Assembly: GCA_964199315.1 (NCBI GenBank)
Contig: OZ116699.1
Coordinates: 27,032,001-27,096,000 of the forward strand
DNA length: 64,000 nucleotides
Source of the DNA: Orbicella franksi
Taxonomy: Eukaryota
Reading direction: 5' to 3'
This document shows, piece by piece, positions 39,031 through 52,589 of the stretch (the stretch's first letter is position 1; every line of letters begins with the position of its first letter). Under the pieces are notes generated by a model. That model saw nothing but the letters and a program-made list of their open reading frames with translations. It was not told the origin of the DNA and ran no database searches. The position numbers and the translations under genes are program-made.

Positions 39031-41554
39031 TATGCTTCCTTTGCAATGACATCTGCAAATGGTTAGATATTCTAGTCTTCTCGGATAAGGACGATAAACC
39101 GTAGGCCCCGTCTCCTGCATCTTCACTGTTATGGTCAGCAGGGGACGTTAAAGAACCCACACACTCCTGCTCGCAAAAGCAGGGAAGTTCCCGGTGTTGT
39201 GGTCTGGTCTTTGCCCATTGTGCTGTTGAAATGCTCCTTAACATTAGCTGTTAAAGCTACTCTACATTTCCGAGGGTGAATAAAGTATACATCTACTACT
39301 AGTTCAGCTTATTTTAATGTTACCCCAATGTATTAAAGATGTGCATGCTCAATTATAAAATGTGTATGCTGTATACTATTCAATATGTGAATTTGACTAT
39401 TGATGAGGGCAGGGAAATTGATCAAACATTAAACTTAAGAAATTTTTATTCATGGGAATATATCGAATGGTATAAATTAAAGCCCGTTATTTTTTACCTC
39501 TTTGTTTAATATCCTATTAAGCCGTTGAATTTCTGCATTCTGCAGGTTGAAATGACTTTCAGCAGCCTCTAACACATGCTGCTGGTAGTGTTTTCTCTCC
39601 ACGACTCTTTTGCAGCCAGGAACCTGGCACTCGATACCTTTGTTGCTGCAAAGCTCCAAATGTAGGTTTACATGGTTCCTGAAAATGGGATGGGATATTA
39701 CCTTTTGTTACAATATATCAAGAAGTTATAACAAGGTGGTCGAACACCGCCAACTGTTTTCTCCACTGATAAATAAATTTATCGCAGATTCTAAGTAACT
39801 AAATGCGTTCGCCGATAACCATGTTTAGAGTTTTAATCACCCGTGTCCTTTTGTTAAATTATAATGTCCTCACATAGATTAAAGCATCAAGACAGAATCC
39901 CATTTTTTTTGTTTAGTTACTCATTTAACCCAGTAGCGCTGTGTAAAAAAATTTAGTAACCCCGATCTAGAGCATCTTAAAAAAACAATTCCAGCTTACC
40001 GGCTGGCAACGACCAAATTTGGAAGACGTTTCTATTATTGGACAGTTGTCTTAATAATACCAAAATTATTAGACGATTCAGGACTGACGTCACGCAAAAA
40101 CGGCTTTGATGCTGAAATCGCAAAAATGACCGAAAGGTTTCATCAATACAAAGAGGAAAAAAATTCCAAGTTATTAGATCGAAGACAAGGATAGTCGAAA
40201 CACTGACAGAGCAACGAAGAGGAGTCTCTCAATTGTGAAAGTGTATCTTGTACTCTCTTCAAGACAAAAAAAAATCCTGATCCTGCCACTAGCGGAGGAC
40301 TTGGAACTGTTTTTCGAAAATTCTACGCCGAAGAGAAAAATAGGATGGAAACCAGTATTCGAGAACGTCGCTTTGTGCCATCAGATTTGCAAGCAAGTGC
40401 TATATAACGACATTATAAAGGACTTTGAATTCTATCAGGTTAACTGAGTTTTTTGAAGTTTAAATGAAATTTAAAGCAAAAGTTGTATATTGCGTCTTTG
40501 CATACCGTCAAAACTCTATTACCTTCGCAAGGGGTGCATATATATCCCCTACTTAGAACGGTTTTCCTTGTTCAGTTCACTCTTTGTCAACGGTCAACCA
40601 GGTTTCGTTTTCTTAAGTGACTATTTTTGACTCTCACCTCAAGCAATAACCTATTCGTATGTTATGTTGATCCTCTATGGCTGCCTGTTTCGCGGGATCG
40701 CAATTTCGAAAAGTGGATCAAGCATGCTATTCCGACCACCTTATTTTTATGCTTTGGCTTAAAAAAACGTTAAAAACGTGAAACAAGTTCTTTCGCAGGT
40801 CACCTATTTAGCATTTTTTTTGGCACATCGTGTAATTTAAATATCGTGAAAATAAGTGACAATCCCGCATCCCTCTCATGAACCATATCACATTGTTTCG
40901 AGAAATCGACTGTTCCGGCCAGAAATTGGGAATAATCAACATACCGTGGTAACAGCGTTCCGCATTCCAACGGACATTGTACTGGCGAATTGACGCACAT
41001 AAAGTCGTGGTGATGTTGTATGCCATCTCTAGGTACCAGCAGTTTGCAGTCCATACACGGGAGCTTTTGTTTCGGGCAGACGTCCTCGTGGGCTGGCATC
41101 GTTTCCCGAGCGGCCACGTGTGTGCAGTGCTCGTTTTTGCACCTTTCTTCTAGTTTAGGACATTCATTATAGTGGTCCTCTGCTTCGGGATAAATGCCAC
41201 TCCACTCACAGCCTCCGCTTAAACATTTTACATTTAGATCTCTGGTCATGGTGTCCATGATGACGTTAAGCTTCAGGCCGTTCGCTGTGAATGGCGTGCG
41301 ACATGTATGACACTTTGGCGTAGCGATTCTAGCCAGATTAGCTAAGCACTTTTCACAGCCAGAATGCCCACAGCTCAGGGTAACGGGTTTCAGGATAACA
41401 TTTAAACTGGAAAGAAACATGGCAATGCATTCAACAACGGTTATTCTTAGACCAAGCAATATTAGAATTTCAAAACTCACCAGATAGGGCACTGTAAACT
41501 CGCGTCCACCTTCTCCAAAAAAGCACAGTTAAAAGCCGTTTCCAGAGACATCAT
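37873..41554 (-). CDS. TRAF-like E3 ubiquitin ligase (RING - TRAF zinc fingers - coiled coil - divergent MATH), ~369 aa
   Basis: Exons 41554-41481, 41406-40945, 39678-39498, 38701-38475 and 38038-37873 total 1110 nt with no stops. MMSLETAFNCAFLEKVDASLQCPIC-LNVILKPVTLSCGHSGCEKCL..KCHTCR (C3HC4 RING); C-x4-C..H..C fingers; MATH-like FKWEIEEF..SNVF..WRALL..LFLQL..W..ENGKLRIKFII. Confidence 0.88.
38928..39295 (+). mobile_element. tRNA-derived SINE (resembles cnidarian Nin/Deu-domain SINEs) in a TRAF intron
   Basis: A box tagcccagttgg and B box ggttcgagccc, then accaacactcagggtcttaaaataactgaggag body. The family name is from recall. Confidence 0.7.
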
Positions 41555-42254
41555 TGAGAAGATACTTTCTCTCGAATATTTAGCTTGTCGAAAAGGGATT
41601 GTCGACCACGAACACGCTAGCTAGCACAAATAGGCGGAAAGGAACAATTCACAAGGAATCTGGAAATCATCAATGGAATTACTTTGACAATGATAATGTT
41701 TCCGGCGCAGCACAAAAAATGAAATTGGCTTCCGGCTTTGGAGCGATTGCAGGCTGCACCTTTAGCGGTTTTTTTCTCTCTCTTTTTCTCTCTCCTCTTC
41801 ACGCGTGTTACACGAAAGTGTAATCGAAAGAGAGAAATTATATTCCATACGCTCTCTTCGATTTGAAAAACAGAAACGTGTATCTTTCTTGACTAAAGAT
41901 TGTCGTGGGAAATTGACCTGGCTTACACGTGTATCGTATATCGTGTTGTAAAGGTCACGCTACAATGTAACGCAACCTTCAATGAGTAACAAAAAGCTAC
42001 ATAAATTATCTTTTGATTATTATTATTATTTTTTTTTTTTACCAATTTGCGATATCGGAATCACTGTAACAAACCATGAGCAAGGTTGCCAGCAGGCAAT
42101 AAAAAGACGCGAAAAGCGTTCAGTTTCAAATAAAGCTTCATAAAAAGTGACACGAGCCCCCCACCCGGGGGGTACTCCCAAAGAGCCTTTTGATTTTCCT
42201 TTAAACCTTACCAAAACAATGTTTTCTAATTCGTATGCAATGTCCCGAAAAATA

Positions 42255-42850
42255 TAGATATGTTATTTGCCGGCCGGGAGGTCCGTATTGGGGAAAACTG
42301 TGCCCGAGGTCTTAAAAACTGTTTCCCTTTAATCCTTAGGAAGTTTGAAGATGGGACCCTAGGCGTGACACAATTGGAACGGCCAAAAATACGTTGAATA
42401 GCATTAAAAAAAAGTTAAAAATAAAAATTGGAGGGTTTTTACAAAGATCGTGACAGGAAAGATAATTTAACGCAATGTGTTTTCGAGCAAATTCGTGGGT
42501 AGAATTGTCCGCGAAGTGAGAAATTTTCAGTTCTATTATATGTTATTTGCCGGCTGGGAGGTCCGTATAGTGAAAAACTGTGACCGAGGTCTTGAAAATG
42601 CTGCCCGTGGCCGCAGGCCGAGGGCAGCATTTCCAAGTCCGAGGTCACAGTTTTTCACTATACGGACCGACCCTAAGCCGGTAAATAACTTATTTATTTT
42701 TTTCCAAGCTCTCAAACGAAAAAAAGTCAGGGAAAAAAACTTACGCAAGCGTTACTGTGACCGTGGTCATAGATAGGAAAATCCGGACCGCGCTAAGAAC
42801 CAATCAGATTGCAGGATTCGTTACCGTGCCCGCTTGGAAAAAAATAATAA
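42255..42850. mobile_element. Hairpin-type non-autonomous repeat with a partial duplicate
   Basis: 42537-42700 is a long imperfect palindrome (gttatttgccggc..gtccgtatagtgaaaaactgtgacc / ggtcacagtttttcactatacggac..gccggtaaataac); a partial direct copy lies at 42257-42312. Confidence 0.6.
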
Positions 42851-45180
42851 AAAAATATTATTCTGTAAGAATCAATCATTTTGAAGTTAACATCTGCATT
42901 ACAATGAAATCGGGATAACACCAGGTTATGTGAAATATAGCTTTTACAACTTTTTCTAAAAGAGAGTCAACACATTTGCTGACATCCAGCTCGCCCCACG
43001 AGTCCTTGCCCATGGGCGAACTGGATCGCCCCCCCCCCCCCCTCTCTCTCTTCTATTGAAAATTTCAGCTTAACCATTCACCGTCACCATTCCTATATAG
43101 GGCACAGCCATATTAGACCATATAACTTAAAGGGGTAGTCTCACCAAGATTTAGTGCTTCTTGAAAATCCAATGAAAGCGATGGAATTAATTGGAAGTCT
43201 ACTAATAGTCGCCTAACGTTTGCTAAACGTGCTATACTGGTCACGAAAGTTGTTTCAAACTGGTTTGGCTTCGTACAGGTAGAAGTAATGGTCTAAAGTT
43301 TGAAAACGTCGGGCCTACGTTTTCAAATTTGAAAGTATCACCTGGAGTAAAATCACAAAAAAGCCATTGATTGTGGTTTGTGCACATCTTAATGAGTGAA
43401 TTTATGCCTTTTTTTGGTTTAAAGGTTATTCTTGCGATCTGTAAGAGAACCTTTCTAACGCTGGCATAGTTTATAAAACACTTAGAAGACCTCTCGTGAT
43501 ACTTCCCTTTAAACTAACGTTTCTTCGAAATGGAATCTTAGTCAATGCCGAAGACACGATCTATTAGCACATATTGTGTTTATTCTTGTTCAGTTCAGGA
43601 AAAAAGTGGATCGACCTGTTTGATCTCTTTCAGCTGCCACTGAATTCGGTTGGGACGTTTAACATTTAATTTTTAGTCAAAAAAGTGTTATAAACAGCAA
43701 CAAAGATGAATTGACCGGTAGGGAGTAGTCCTTACGAAGAAAGAACCAGGCCCCATTAAAACAACTCGCCTAATGGCTTGTCATTCCACGACTTCAGTAT
43801 TGAACATTTCATGTTTTCATATCTATGGTCTGAAAACTTTGTTATACTTTTCTCGCATGCAGCAACCTTGCGTCAGCCGCGCGCCGTGACTTAAGGTGTG
43901 GCTAAACCAAGAAACGTTGCGTTCAACTGAATTTCCGAAAACATGTATCCTCGTTTTGCCTGGCCTTGAACTGAGATCTGTTAGGTTGATGAACGCGATT
44001 AACGAAGCTTTCGGATAAGAAATGAGCTCTAAGCTCTAAGGGCGTGCAAAGTAATATCCTTATCTCTATTTGCTTTTTTTAGGTATGTCAAACTGAGTTG
44101 TCGGACTACTATTGACTACGACTCGTTTACGACAATTGTCCCTTTTGTGATAGCTTCGAGCAGCAGCTCTGCCTGTTAGTGAGTGAATAACGTTCACCCT
44201 TTAGCACCAAGTTCCCGGCAGATTGCAGGCCACCTCCTTCTCAGCCATAGTGCCAAATCCACGTAAAATGCTCTGTTACATTCGAGACAAAGCCCGCGAC
44301 GTTAAGTGATATCTTTGTATCTTGTTTGACTTTTATTGCACTGAACATCAATTTCATATTTTAAACAAAACAGTGTCTAGATCTATGAACAATTACAATA
44401 TAGATAGGACCCTGCGCGCGCTCTGATTGGTCAAAAACCTATGTTTTATCAGAGTATAAAGCATAGAAAAAGCGTGTGTTATTGTTTTGCGCGTGTAAAA
44501 TCTATATCATAAAGCAAATGAAGAAGCCTAAGACGTTTATTACACTGTGATAAAACACTCCGGACATTTGAGAACATTCGAGAAATGTAGAAAATACTTG
44601 CCTGCGGCTCGTCCTTTCTACTTTTCCCTACTGTTCTCAAATGCCCGTCGTGTTTTACCACAGTGTAAAACAAAACAACCGCCTGACCGCCACAGTCCCC
44701 ATTAAACTCCAGATTATAGGCTGCACCAGGGCACGAAAAGAACCGTTTCCAATTAACGTTTTTAAAAAAGAAAGTTGTTAAACTTCAATTTACATTAATT
44801 AATGTTATTTCTTCTATATTCTAATATCGTGGCTAACAAAACTCTGACGTAAATGTGACACGACAATGTGGCAGAAAAGAATATGTTTAGTGCCCTTGTT
44901 TAAACGTAACTGGTGGTTCCCGTGTAATTTTTTTTTGGCCAAGTTTTGCCGGCTGCGCGTGCAACATTGACGTTAACAAGAAAATGTTAACGTGCGCTCT
45001 TGAATCTCTTAAAACTGAAGTATGCCACCATAATATCTAAAACATATATAATTAGACGGGGCGTAGCCAGGTGTTCTGTGTATTGGGGTACCAAATGTCG
45101 TATTGCAGTTTGAACTGTTAAATTGTTAACGTTCGAATTTAAAATAAAATATTGGGCCACTAAACATAAGTCTCCCTTAA

Positions 45181-45620
45181 GGACGTTCGCGCTAATTGTT
45201 TCTGCGCATCCTTACTGCGCACGAATTTCACGTGCCACGTCATGCATCGAGCGCGCGCGCTAAGTAGTAAAGTGAAGAATAATAGGGCAAATGGCCATCG
45301 CTTTGACTTTGCGTGGATTTTGGGTTAAGGTCTCTGAAAATAATGGAAATATTTGAAATTATGAACGCCACAGATTCACTTAGGATAGTTTGCCACTGTT
45401 GACTTATCTTTGATATTTTAACCTAAAGAACTTGGAGAGCATGCTGAATTACGCGCACCAATTTATCAAAATCAGACTAGTTTTCCACACGCCTTATCTC
45501 TGAAACGAAGCCGGTGACCCCCTATTTTTATTTCATTTCTGAAACAAGTAAGTCATCAGTCTCACTGTAGTAGAAGTTTAAAAAAAATCTATCGAGTAGA
45601 AAATTTACGCGCGAACGTCC
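45181..45620. mobile_element. TTAA-flanked MITE (Kolobok-like)
   Basis: TTAA at 45177-45180 and 45621-45624; TIRs ggacgttcgcgc / gcgcgaacgtcc. Confidence 0.8.
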
Positions 45621-45682
45621 TTAAATAAAAACACTCTATAAGCGACTTGAAAATTACTATTTAAGAAGGTTATAATTATTTA

Positions 45683-47689
45683 TTATAGAGCTGGTTGGTT
45701 AGTCGAGAATTGTAGGGGTATGATGGCGATAAAATTTGCCATGATTTGCGTATGGTCTCCTCCTCTCCACTGCCGCCACATTCTCTCGTCGAGGTAGGAT
45801 TGCAGATCTTCTCTTCTCAGCCCCTTTCTCTGTTTTTGCCCGAGTTTAAGCTGGCTCCAGCAAGACTCCACCTCCTGTGTATGCACTCCAGTGCGTGGAT
45901 CGACGAAATTGTGGGCGTGCACGACAACTCTATGTCTGCGGACGCTTGGAAGTTGCATTATTCGTCTGTATGCCCCCCAATCGTCTGTATGGATTTCACT
46001 ACCGGGCAGGACGCATCTATTGATGATCGGTAGAAGGGTGGCCGCATTTCTTCTCTCGACAACCTTAAAGTAACCCCGCGCGGGACTATACTCTGTGGTT
46101 ATGATGCCAAACACCCACGAGTCACGGGCTGCTCTCCTTCCCCTGTTATACTGGAATAAACAACCAAAGTAAGTTTTGTCTCGGCCGCTTTTTTCTTATA
46201 GAGTTTTTGAAAAAGATTATCCTTTAAATTTGTGCTTATCATTTTATTAGTATTTGACGGTCTTTATGTGCATTACCAAGATGTTACCCATCGAACGTTA
46301 AGAACGGTTGTGTGCATTATCTCCGAATTGAGATTTTTTTGTGCATTTAATAAACGACGATAGGTTAACCGATTTCCAGTCAAAACGAAACAGCTTTTGG
46401 CAAAATTAAAACGACTTTCTCCGGAGCGGTTTCTAAAATTAAATTAAGGTGAAAGAAAGTTTACGCGACAATCCCAAAAGGTGTCGTTGGTATTTTTAAC
46501 TAATTTTTAGCATAAAAGAGGGGACGAGACGCTATGGTCGTATATTCACCGGTGATAAAAGAAAGTCACAAAAGTTAGTTGGACAACAATAGTGGCAAGA
46601 GCGGTAAATTGTTCATATATCCCAAATTTCCTTTCTGGATTTTTGCGTGCGTTTTCTTGAGATAAGGTAGCTCTATAAGGATCAGTTTGGGTTAAGTTTA
46701 TTACCTTGGATTTATGGTTGAACTTGCTTTCGTCGCACTTTATAACAGCTCCGGGTCCTCCAAACGGTAGGATTGACCTGTTTTCGAGATCCACTGAGCA
46801 CAGATCTTGTAGTCGCCTATAAATGCGAGAAACTAAACTTCGGCTTAAGGCAAGCGTTTCCGCAATTCTACGTTGTGACTCCTCGTGCACGAAGGAAAAC
46901 ATTACGCGAAGAAGCGTTCCCAAAGGGATCTTCGGGAATTCAACGAAAAAGCTGTTCGTTCGCAAGCTTCGTCTTTTGCGACACCCACTACATCTCCTAA
47001 TAAAACAAAAAGAAATACACGCTATTGCTAATTGACCTATGCGCCCCGTTCCCGTAAGAGAGTCTAAACATGATTTATGTTCACTGTTGCAATTTTGGTC
47101 CCTGCCGTTTTTTTTTTTAGAGGTACGACATCAATTGTTTTGGGAATTATTTAACGGATGTGGCCATTTATGCTAGAAATTCCTTTTTTAAATGGCCCGA
47201 GAAATGGTGATTCTACGAATACAAGGGCTCATGATATGTTTGCATGATCGAGACTCTACATTTTTTCTTCTCAGGGTTTCAGATTTTTAATTCTAATTTT
47301 AATTCTAGTTACGCCAGCATAGAGAAAAAAGGTTCGAAGAACAAGTAAGAATGATGGAAATTTTCTGTTTTCTCTATTGGCTAAAACAGTTAGCATAACT
47401 TTGAAGGCGCGTCATTATTTCTTGTTCAAGTGTAGCGTTCGTTTCGTGTATAAGCAATTTTATAGTAGACTACCTTAGATTTCACGTGAATCGCACTGAT
47501 TCAGTAGATGCAACTCTGTACTCACCAAAGAAACCCGTCTACATGTTCGCCATTTCTCTCGGTTAATTCCATCGCGATATTACACTGCGCACACCAAAGA
47601 GGATCTGCTATCAAACGTCGCCTTTGGAGCCATCGAACCAAAGCAGATCGCGGTCCTCTTTCCAAATCAATAAACAAATTCAAATTCAT
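45683..47689 (-). CDS. Merlin / IS1595 (ISXO2-like) DDE transposase, 3 exons, ~307 aa
   Basis: Exons 47689-47526, 46996-46705 and 46150-45683 total 924 nt, open. N-terminal CAQC..CSGC zinc ribbon, HTH-like region, [69 protein letters not shown]. Confidence 0.92.
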
Positions 47690-48650
47690 ATCGTAATGCC
47701 AAGCACGAATTTCCAATACTGATCAAAAGCGGATTTTGCAATGTTCAGGTTGAAGACTCCAGTCGGTCTAACGAGCTACAATACACGTTCGCCGAATCAC
47801 TGTCGCACCTCAGCTCTTTTGTGATGCAAATTTCACTTCCATTCAAAGAAGTCGATCAGATTTCTTGCCATATCGCCGAATTGTCATATTGATTACATTT
47901 GGACGTACATAAATAGAGAAAATTCATTGTTTGACCTCAATTAATACTCTGTTTTATTTATAAGGACTGTATTTTTCTATCTAATGGTATTGTTATAGCC
48001 CAGAGAAAGCCTTACTTATCCTTGAAATCTAACAGGTGAATTACGTCACGCGCCTAGAAATCGGGAACTCGCCCAGTAATCACGCACCACCTTGCGATTT
48101 CCGTTCTTTTCATTTATCAGGCTTCACACAAAAACCCTCTGTATACCTCCCCAAATGACCCCATTGCGATAGGAGAAAACTGGTTCTGAAGACACAACGC
48201 AGAGTGCCCGAGAATATACTGCGATCAAGCGTTTTTTTATTCCTGTTTCCTATTGCCGCGAAAAAAAAGAGCACCCAAAGTTGAAGTTGAGAAAAATTGT
48301 GACACCTCTTCTGTCGTTTCAAATTAAGCACCGCCCGGTATTTAATACAACTTCGCTTCGTTTGACGACAGCGGAGATCACAGAAACGATTTGTTTTAAA
48401 AAATCCTCAGATTTTGTCATTGTGACTGGCAGTAAAAGTCATGAAAATTATCCTATTTTTGCCACCTCTCGTAACACAAATTATATGGTACCATTGTCAG
48501 TGTCTTTAGAGCGTACCGCCCCTTACAAGTTATAACGTAGTATCAAGTTACTTTGTGACGCCGCGAAATAAGCGTCTTTCGTAAGTTAGCGTCGTTGCAT
48601 TCAGCAAGACACAAACCCTCTGGTCGCTGACAAGTTCATTTATTTTTTCC

Positions 48651-49586
48651 ATGATGGGTAATGATAACAGTGATCGCTCGAGTAGTGAGAGCTCCAGTGA
48701 GAGCGATTCTGACGTCCAGAACGTTGCCGATCCGCCTCTCCACGCCGGTCGAGCGTTGACGCGGACTTTTATTCATCTGCCTAAAAGGATTCAAACAGTC
48801 CCCAGGAAAACAGCTTTCAAAAAGCTGGTTGACGCTGGCAGAGTAAAAGATGTTGGTTTTAGAAGAAGCGAGTCGGCGTCCACCATAACAGACAGCTTGG
48901 TTGCCGCCTTTCCAACCTTAGCGGGTTTAGACCTATCTTGGTGAGTGATCACTTTGAACTGGAAATCCAATAATAACTATTGTTACAAATCAGGCCTAGA
49001 TTGTTTACTAGTAAATCTCTATCTATTGATCACTGTATTCAACAGTTATTTGCTGTATAGCAATACATGCTCGAACAGCCAGAAAGTTTATGTTTATTTC
49101 CTTTCAACAGTTTGAGATTCATTTCATCGTACACAAAAGGAGAGGCTATGAAAGTCGTCCACGTGGGAGTGCCTAGTGGCGACAAGATATTGGATCTATT
49201 CGGTGGGAGCAAAAAGAAAAAAGTTTTCATGCACTGGAAACGTAAAAAAGGTGAGTAACTTAGCCTTTAATTTGGGGAGAAAAGCGCGCGCGCGCGGCGA
49301 GGCCTCTTTAGCCGCGCCTCTCAAAGCTTTGCCACCCGCGCGTTTTTAGTTTTTGGTCGCTCGTATAACTGCCAAATTTCATTTTGTCGTATGCCCGAAA
49401 TTGTTGTCTCGAGATCAATCGGACTTACTCACCTATTTCCCACTGTTCGGTAGTCGAACTCAATCGAACTTAGTCGAACGATTGGGTTGTGTGACAGAGT
49501 TCGATTTCCGAATCTAATCGAACCCAATCGAACTAAATCGAACACAATTTAAAAATATAAAATACACCCTAAATACCACCAGATAT

Positions 49587-49617
<31 letters not shown>

Positions 49618-52558
49618 TATGCAATATTTCAACAGGCCACCCAATTCAGCGTAGGCTGGTTTAAATGGGGGCCTGCAAACAATTTACAAGACATACAATT
49701 CAATACATTACATCACATTACATAAACTCATTACAATTACATTTCATCAGAAAAAAGGCGAAATTTAAAAAGACTTTCTCAGTACCAGCAACGAATGAAT
49801 AATTAACCGGTAATATCTTTATTGATGTAACCTGGAAATTCATTAGTACATTGATTTTACCAATGAAATAATAATCTGACTGTAAAATAGAAAAAAAAAA
49901 ATAGAAAATAATGTTCAATAGGACATAGAAAAGTAATCTTACTTCACTGTACTTCAATTCCATTTTTATAATTTGTTTTTAACACTTAACGGAGTACCGA
50001 GTAGTCTGCATAGCTTGTCCGTATGTCTGTTGGGTTGTCTGCCAGAAAAGTAACCACAGAACAAAATGAAGCTAGCCTGTATTTCACTCTGGCTTGCTTG
50101 CAGATTAATTAAACATCAGATTTTTAACATTACATTTTCAATTTGTTTCTGTGGTTTTTTATATATATAGGCTTGTACTGTACAAGGCACTAGTACATGC
50201 GTATGTAATTTGTGCCATGGACTAGTAAGACCAGTACAAAGTTCCATGGTTAAGAGACAGATTTTAAATTTAACTTAAGTGTTTTATAAATTTCATATTT
50301 TTAGTTAGACTAATTAGTATTAATCTTTGAGGACCTTTTCGAAAACCACATGTATGTGAAAAGGTTTCCTCAATAAAGATTATTATTATGTGCAGATGTG
50401 CTTTCCAATAATAATATTAAGCTGCATTCTTCTCCTTTACAGACAGACCGCGCCGCAATAACAACACTTTGACACGAGGTCAGACTGTGACCACTTCAAA
50501 CCCTGCCATCACTACTGCTCCAACCCCTAGTCCAGTCACCAGTGATATCTCTGCAATCATTACTGCTTCGACTGCTACACCAGTCATTAGTACAATCCCT
50601 GCCATCACTATTGCTTCAACCACTACACCAGTCACCAGTGCCATCCCTGCCAACACAACTGCTTCAACCACTACACCAGTCACCAGTGCCATCCCTGCCA
50701 ACGCAACTGCTTCAACCACTACACCTGTCACCAGTGCCATCGCTGCCAACACAACTGTTTCAACTGCTACACAAGTCACCTACGCAACACCTGCTGCCAT
50801 TACATCACCCTCTTCATCGCCCCTTCCATCATCAGTTCTTGCCCCTTTGGCCAGCACACCTGTCCGGGTTGACCAGTCACCTAGAAGAAGTGAATGTAAG
50901 TGAAATGATTCAAAATAAAATTTTATTAAAGCAATTATCTTAAGGTTCGTGTGCAATAACGTTGTAATGTGTAAAAGTGCTCAAAAGGAAAAAATCTCAC
51001 TTTTAGGAGCCTGCTAGTAAATTTCAGGTGTTACTTGCAACACTAAGAGTACACACAGCCCATAAAATAAAAAATGTCAGATTTTGTGCCATAGTGCTTA
51101 CTTTACATAATTAGTATAAGTGCGTGGAACACAAACACCAGAGTAAAAACAAAATAATAGTTGTTATTACTAACTATGCGAGCTGCATGTAATACAAAGT
51201 AATACAATGAATTATCCCCCTACCCATTTCACTGCTTTAAGGTTGCTGACAACCTTTTCCAGTTCTTATACTTTGACTACAAATCTACCCATAACTAAAA
51301 ACCAAACCCCTTGTTCAAGACCACTGCTGTAGCAGTCACCAATAAAAAATTTGCAACCCTGTGCCAGGTTGTTGTGCTCTTGGGTATCGGCAAATTTACT
51401 GCTGGGGGTAACCCTGTGATGGACTAGCATCCCATCCAGGGGGGAATAGAAATACTGCTAGTTGTTTCATGCCACGGAAACCAGGATAAGCTCCAGCCTG
51501 ATGGGCCACTTGCAGACAATCATGAATCATTATATATTTTCATGCTAGTGTTTTTGTGGTGGGTTTTTTCCCCTGGAGGTTTGAGAAACAGGACTATACT
51601 GCATAATCCTTAATAACAGCAACAAAAGACAATCCAAATAGGTTCAGGGAAATTGATCGAATTAACTGTAACTAATTAAAAATACATTAAATAAAAATTA
51701 ATGCATTGTTTGCATGCTGAACTCCCACAGACACTGATCTATTTCAAAGTCCTTTCGAAGATGATGATTTAGTGATTGTAAACACTGTGCAAGGTAAGAA
51801 CAACTCTGTATCCATAGCAATAATTTATGACCTTAGAATGATACAATGAAAGAAGCCCTGATAATGATGTCACTTATCATTTGCATTTAAGTGCCAACAA
51901 GAAAATCATTCATCAGACGTGCAAGGCAAACATCATCTACCCGTACTACTTCAGGTAAAATCTAAAGATTTTAAAAGTAATTTTATACAGTTTTATTCTT
52001 CATCTTTATTGATTTCGTTTCAAATGTATAGAGAGCTTATGAAAGAGCTAATAAAGAGCTAATCAGCACAAATTGAAAGTTCAAATGAAATCTGCTGAAC
52101 ACTGTGTATGGCTAATTTAACTGACAATTGTAGACATGAAATGTCCAAAGCTGTCAAGAAAAAAGAACCAGTATCCAAGGTCACACATTGCCACAAGAAG
52201 GGATCAATATCCCATTTTAGAAGGACAGCTACAGTATTTCAATTACAGTTACCTTTTTACTTTTTGCAATAACTGAACAGTGGCACAGTACGGTCTTCAT
52301 AGTTGCAATAATCTCTCCTTTACACCCAGGGATAAGTGGCAAGCCTTTCCACGGAGTTGGTATAAATGGTAAGTACAGTGTTTTTATCTTAAATATTTGC
52401 TGCAGTCAGTTGAGACCAATTAATTTTTCTGCAGTTTGAACATGTTTCGTTGGGTTCTCTGTGATGTCATAGTTTCTTGGGCCTTTAAGTCATGTTCTGT
52501 ATACATAGTTCATTTTTGTAACAAGTTTTGCCTAGCTGTTCTCAAGCCAAAAAATTGT

Positions 52559-52589
<31 letters not shown>

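Noticed and set aside
43128-43890. TTAA-flanked Kolobok-like element
   Set aside because: Starts ttaaagggg, but no matching inverted terminus could be identified.
50480-50943. Alternative-frame and antisense ORFs (50480 -, 50542 +)
   Set aside because: Shadows of the 48-bp coding repeat; only the Thr-rich frame is splice-compatible.
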